A DNA stretch of 64,000 nucleotides from Octopus bimaculoides (lineage: Eukaryota). Positions 60,228 through 64,000 of this stretch are shown here, piece after piece (the first letter of the stretch is position 1; each line of letters starts with the position of its first letter). A program made the translations under genes and the position numbers. Under the pieces are notes generated by a model. That model was not told the DNA's origin, made no database searches, and saw nothing but the letters and a program-made list of their open reading frames with translations. The stretch is from assembly GCF_001194135.2 (NCBI RefSeq), contig NC_068994.1, positions 22,184,576-22,248,575 of the forward strand. The letters run 5' to 3'.

Positions 60228-63200
60228 GCCTTGGAAACAACATCTACACCAAATTTTAATGTGGTACTTAATGCTGATAAAAGGCCATCAGGAGAACATG
60301 CAGGTCGCTATAATGCGCCCACATGCAATGAAGTTGCTGTAGTTCTCCATAGTGACCGGCATAAGAAAAGAGGCATTCTTCTCAAGCGTCGTGGCAACAC
60401 CCTACAACAGATCAGTGAAACACACAGATACTACGATGCGCTCCAATATCCACTACTCTTTGTGAATAGTGAAGATGGATACCATTTCAGCATTCCACAA
60501 CATAATACAAACAAACCTGAAGAGTACACCAAGAAAACAGTCATGACCCGAGTCAACTACTTTAATCACCTCAAACATTCACAACTCTATCATCAATTGC
60601 AGTTGATATGGCTGCAAAACAGAAGCAGCTGCGTTCTGACAATTACATTCATCTTCGAGATGGCATCAACAATGATGTGGCTCCCGGAAGCCAAGGGCAA
60701 GTCTGCATCCTGTCATCAACTTTCATGAGAGGACCCGGGATGCTATGACATATGTGCAGCATTATGGCAGGCCTGACCTACTTATAACTTTCACTTGCAA
60801 TCCAAAGTGGAAAGAGATCGAGAATGAGCTCATCCCAGGTCAAAAGGCCAAAGACAGACACGACCTCCTGGCCAAAATCTTTCACCTGAAGTTACTTACA
60901 CTCATGGACCTCATCATGACAGGACAGGTATTCGGACCTGTAAAATGTGACATGTACACAATTGAATGGCAAAAAGAGGCTTTCTACATGCTCACATTCT
61001 GCTTTGGCAATCAACAAAGATCAATTTCAAAGGCATTGACAAGATAATCTCTGCAGAGCTTCCAGATTCATCTACTGACAAGGAATTGCATGTGATTGTG
61101 AAAGCAAACATAGTGCATGGTCCGTGCAGGCGTGGGTTCAACATAAACTTACCATGTTTGAAACAATGTGTGTACCAAAAAGTTTCCCATGTAGTTTCTT
61201 CAAGAAACCCAGACTGGTGACGATCGATATCCATCATACAGACGAAGAAAACCAGAAGATGAAGGATTTACAGCAAAGATCGGTCGACATGAGGTTAACA
61301 ACAGACGAATAATCCTGTACTGTCTATTCCTATTAAAGACATTCAACGCCCATATCAATGTTGAATTCTGCCACTCTGTGAAGTCCATCAAGTACGTATG
61401 TAAATATATAAACAAGGGTTCAGATGCTGCCATATTTGGCCTTTAAGAAGAAAACAACCGAGATGAGGTAACACAATACGAAGTTGGATGGTACATCAGT
61501 AGCAACGAGGCCCTCTGGCACATTTTCGGCATTCCACAACCCTGCCATTCAACAGTTTGCAGTGCACCTCGAAAACGGTCAAAGAGTGTATTTCACCGAT
61601 GTTAATGCTGCTCAATTGACATAGAAACCAAAGGACACCAACCTCACTGTATTTTTCAAAATTTTCCAAGTAGATTCATTTGATCAAACCTTGCTGTATC
61701 CCCAGGTACCATCCTACTACACCTGGAAAAAAAAGGACATGGACACGAAGAAAGGCAGGTCAAGATGTTGATGGACTGCCTGGCATAAAGTTTGACAATT
61801 GCCTGGGGACAGTTTACACAGTGCATCCCAGCCAACATGAGTGTTTCTATTTCCGTCTACTACTGCATGAGGTCAGAGAACCAACGTGTTTCCAAAACCT
61901 AAAACTGTTGATGGACAAGTTTGTGCTACATATAGGGAAGCCTGCTTTAAACATGGACCGCTAGAAGATGGTTCATTGTGGGATGCAACTTTGGCTGAGG
62001 CTGCTGTATCACAATCACCTAGAAGTCTCAGGGCATTATTTGCAGTATTATAGCAAACATGTGAACTGTGTGATCCTGCTTGTTAGTGGTTCGTGTACAG
62101 AGATGACCTTCTGAAGATTTGAAACAATTGCAGTTTCCTGTTATGGAAGTAGTTTCAGCTATAAAGTAGAGCATTAATTGACATAGAAAACAAGATTATT
62201 TTAATGGGTGGAAATACTTTGCCCACATATGGCCTTCCCCAAACCTACTGGACTGGGTCAAACACTTTTCCCATAGATACCCTACAAGAAACATCCTATG
62301 ACATTGATGCTCTTGCCAGACATGTCATTGAAACTGAGCCAAAACTACTTCCGGACCAGCAATGCGCTTACAACACTATTGTTGACTGTGTGCGTCACCG
62401 AAAAGGAGGCATCTTTTTTCTGGATGCACCTGCTGAGACAGGAAAAACATTTGTGACAAAACTTCTCCTTGCTCAAGTTAGGCAGCACAAGGACATCGCG
62501 TTAGCTGTGGCATCCTCTGGGATTGCTGCAACTTTGCTACCTGGTGACAAGACGACACACGCAACCTTTAAGCTTCCTCTGAATTTGTCAACATTTGACA
62601 CACCTACTTGCAATATCAGCAAAAACTGAGACAAGGACAAGTGCTAAGAAAGTGCCAGTTCATTGTGTGGGATGAATACACCTTGGCACACAAAATAGCT
62701 CTTGAAGCACTTAATAAAACCTTACAAGACATCATAAACTGTCAGGATCCAAAGGGAGGTGTTACACTCCTGTTTACTGGGGATTTCGGGCAGACTCTTC
62801 CAGTTATTCTCAAAGGAACCAGGGTAGATGAAGTCCGAGTATGTCTTAAGTCCTCTCCATTGTGGCACCAGGTCACAACATTTACTCTTAACACCAACAT
62901 GAGAACTGAACTGTACGGCGACCAACTGTTAGCAAAATTTGCTAAGGACATTTTGATACTTGGAGATGGCAAGATGCCTCTCGATGTAGGCGGAGAAATG
63001 CCAGTCAGCCCACTTTGCACCATTGTTAATACTGTTGATGATCATAAAGCTCCACTGTTTCCCAATCTGAAGGAAAATTATCACAATCTCGATTGGCTGT
63101 GTGAAAGAGCAAACTGGCTTCAAAAATCAGCACTGTCACTAAAATTAATGAACAGCTGCTGCAGTGCCTTCCTGGAAGTCCTCACATTTATAAGTCAGTT

Positions 63201-63360
63201 GATGCAATCCCAGATACAGAAGAAGTGGTATATTATCCAACAAAATTTCTCAATTGATTGGAGCCTCCAGGACTACCCTCAGACTGGAACTTAAAGTGGG
63301 AACTCCAGTAATGTTATTGAGGAATTTGGATCCACCAACACTCTGCAATGGAACACGCTA
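60228..63360 (+). mobile_element. Decayed Helitron Rep/helicase
   Basis: YDALQYPLLF; PDLLITFTCNPKW; EWQKRGFLHAH; KSIKYVCKYINKG; DAPAETGKTF; ASSGIAATLL; GDFGQTLPV; LRNLDPPTLCNGTR. Confidence 0.95.
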
Positions 63361-64000
63361 CAGAGACCAAATTGGACAGTCTGCAAACCTTCTCGCCTCT
63401 CCTGAATGGCTATGAGAAAATCATGTCTCTTGGCCAGACCGGAGGACGAGGGGATGAAGTGGTACTGATCCGTAAAGACTTGGCTCTGCAGACAAGTACA
63501 GTCTGTGTGGACCCTGAAGGTGGGCTGGTCGTCCTTGATCGGGATCTATGCACCCTGTGCTAGAAGATTACAAACTGATTTTTATCGGCGCCTGGAGAAT
63601 TTTCTCGCGACGGCAAGGACATTAGTGGTGTTAAGAGACTTTAACGCTATCGTTCACGCACGCATCGATTGTGTTGGCTCGACAGGTAGAAAAGTAAACT
63701 CACGTCTCGTGGATCTGCTTAAGCGTTTTCAGCTGGCAGACCATTACAGGCTTGACCATACGAGCGTCCCAGAGTGGACCTGGATTGGTGGCAACGGAAG
63801 GCTCAAGTGTTACTTAGGCAGGATAGGGATAAGAACTAGAGATAAGGCTAGTTTTAGCTGTCCACAGCTTGTTCAGGCGTCCTACACTGACCATACAATG
63901 GTTTAAGCGAGGATCTGGCTACTGGAAGCTGAACAAGTCTATTTTGGGGGGAGGACACTGGTACATTTAGACCAGTCTAAAGCATTCGATAGGGTCGGCC
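63361..64000 (+). mobile_element. Tx1/L1-clade LINE APE endonuclease fused by deletion to RT motif LDQSKAFDRV; runs off the window
   Basis: ETKL; GIYAP; RDFNA; YTDH; GYWKLNKSIL immediately followed by LVHLDQSKAFDRV. Confidence 0.88.

Overview
AT-rich animal genomic DNA, most likely an octopus (inferred from the SINE and RTE families and from KPYHCDICGK-type finger relics). One intact host gene is clear: a single-ORF 617-aa C2H2 zinc-finger gene at 29,987-31,840 (+). It has 9 intact fingers, an unusual R-x-D-x-L-x-C-H recognition helix, and an N-terminal half made of decayed fingers plus Pro/Ser/Gln tracts. Almost everything else is decayed, often nested, transposon sequence: R4/Dong-like RLE LINEs, RTE LINEs carrying a PHD finger inside the RT, Tx1/L1-clade LINEs (including an ORF1-only derivative and an ORF1-RT fusion lacking endonuclease), Penelope-like elements (one followed by an intact hammerhead core), a Helitron, a Ty3/gypsy pol fragment, several solo LTRs, a DD37D maT transposon, MITEs, tRNA-derived SINEs and microsatellites. 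A foldback element with an 8-bp TSD encloses head-to-head telomere-like arrays. About 12-40 kb looks CpG-depleted by eye, suggesting a methylated gene body around the zinc-finger gene. All family calls come from motif recognition by eye; no database search or computation was run, and boundaries of decayed elements are approximate.
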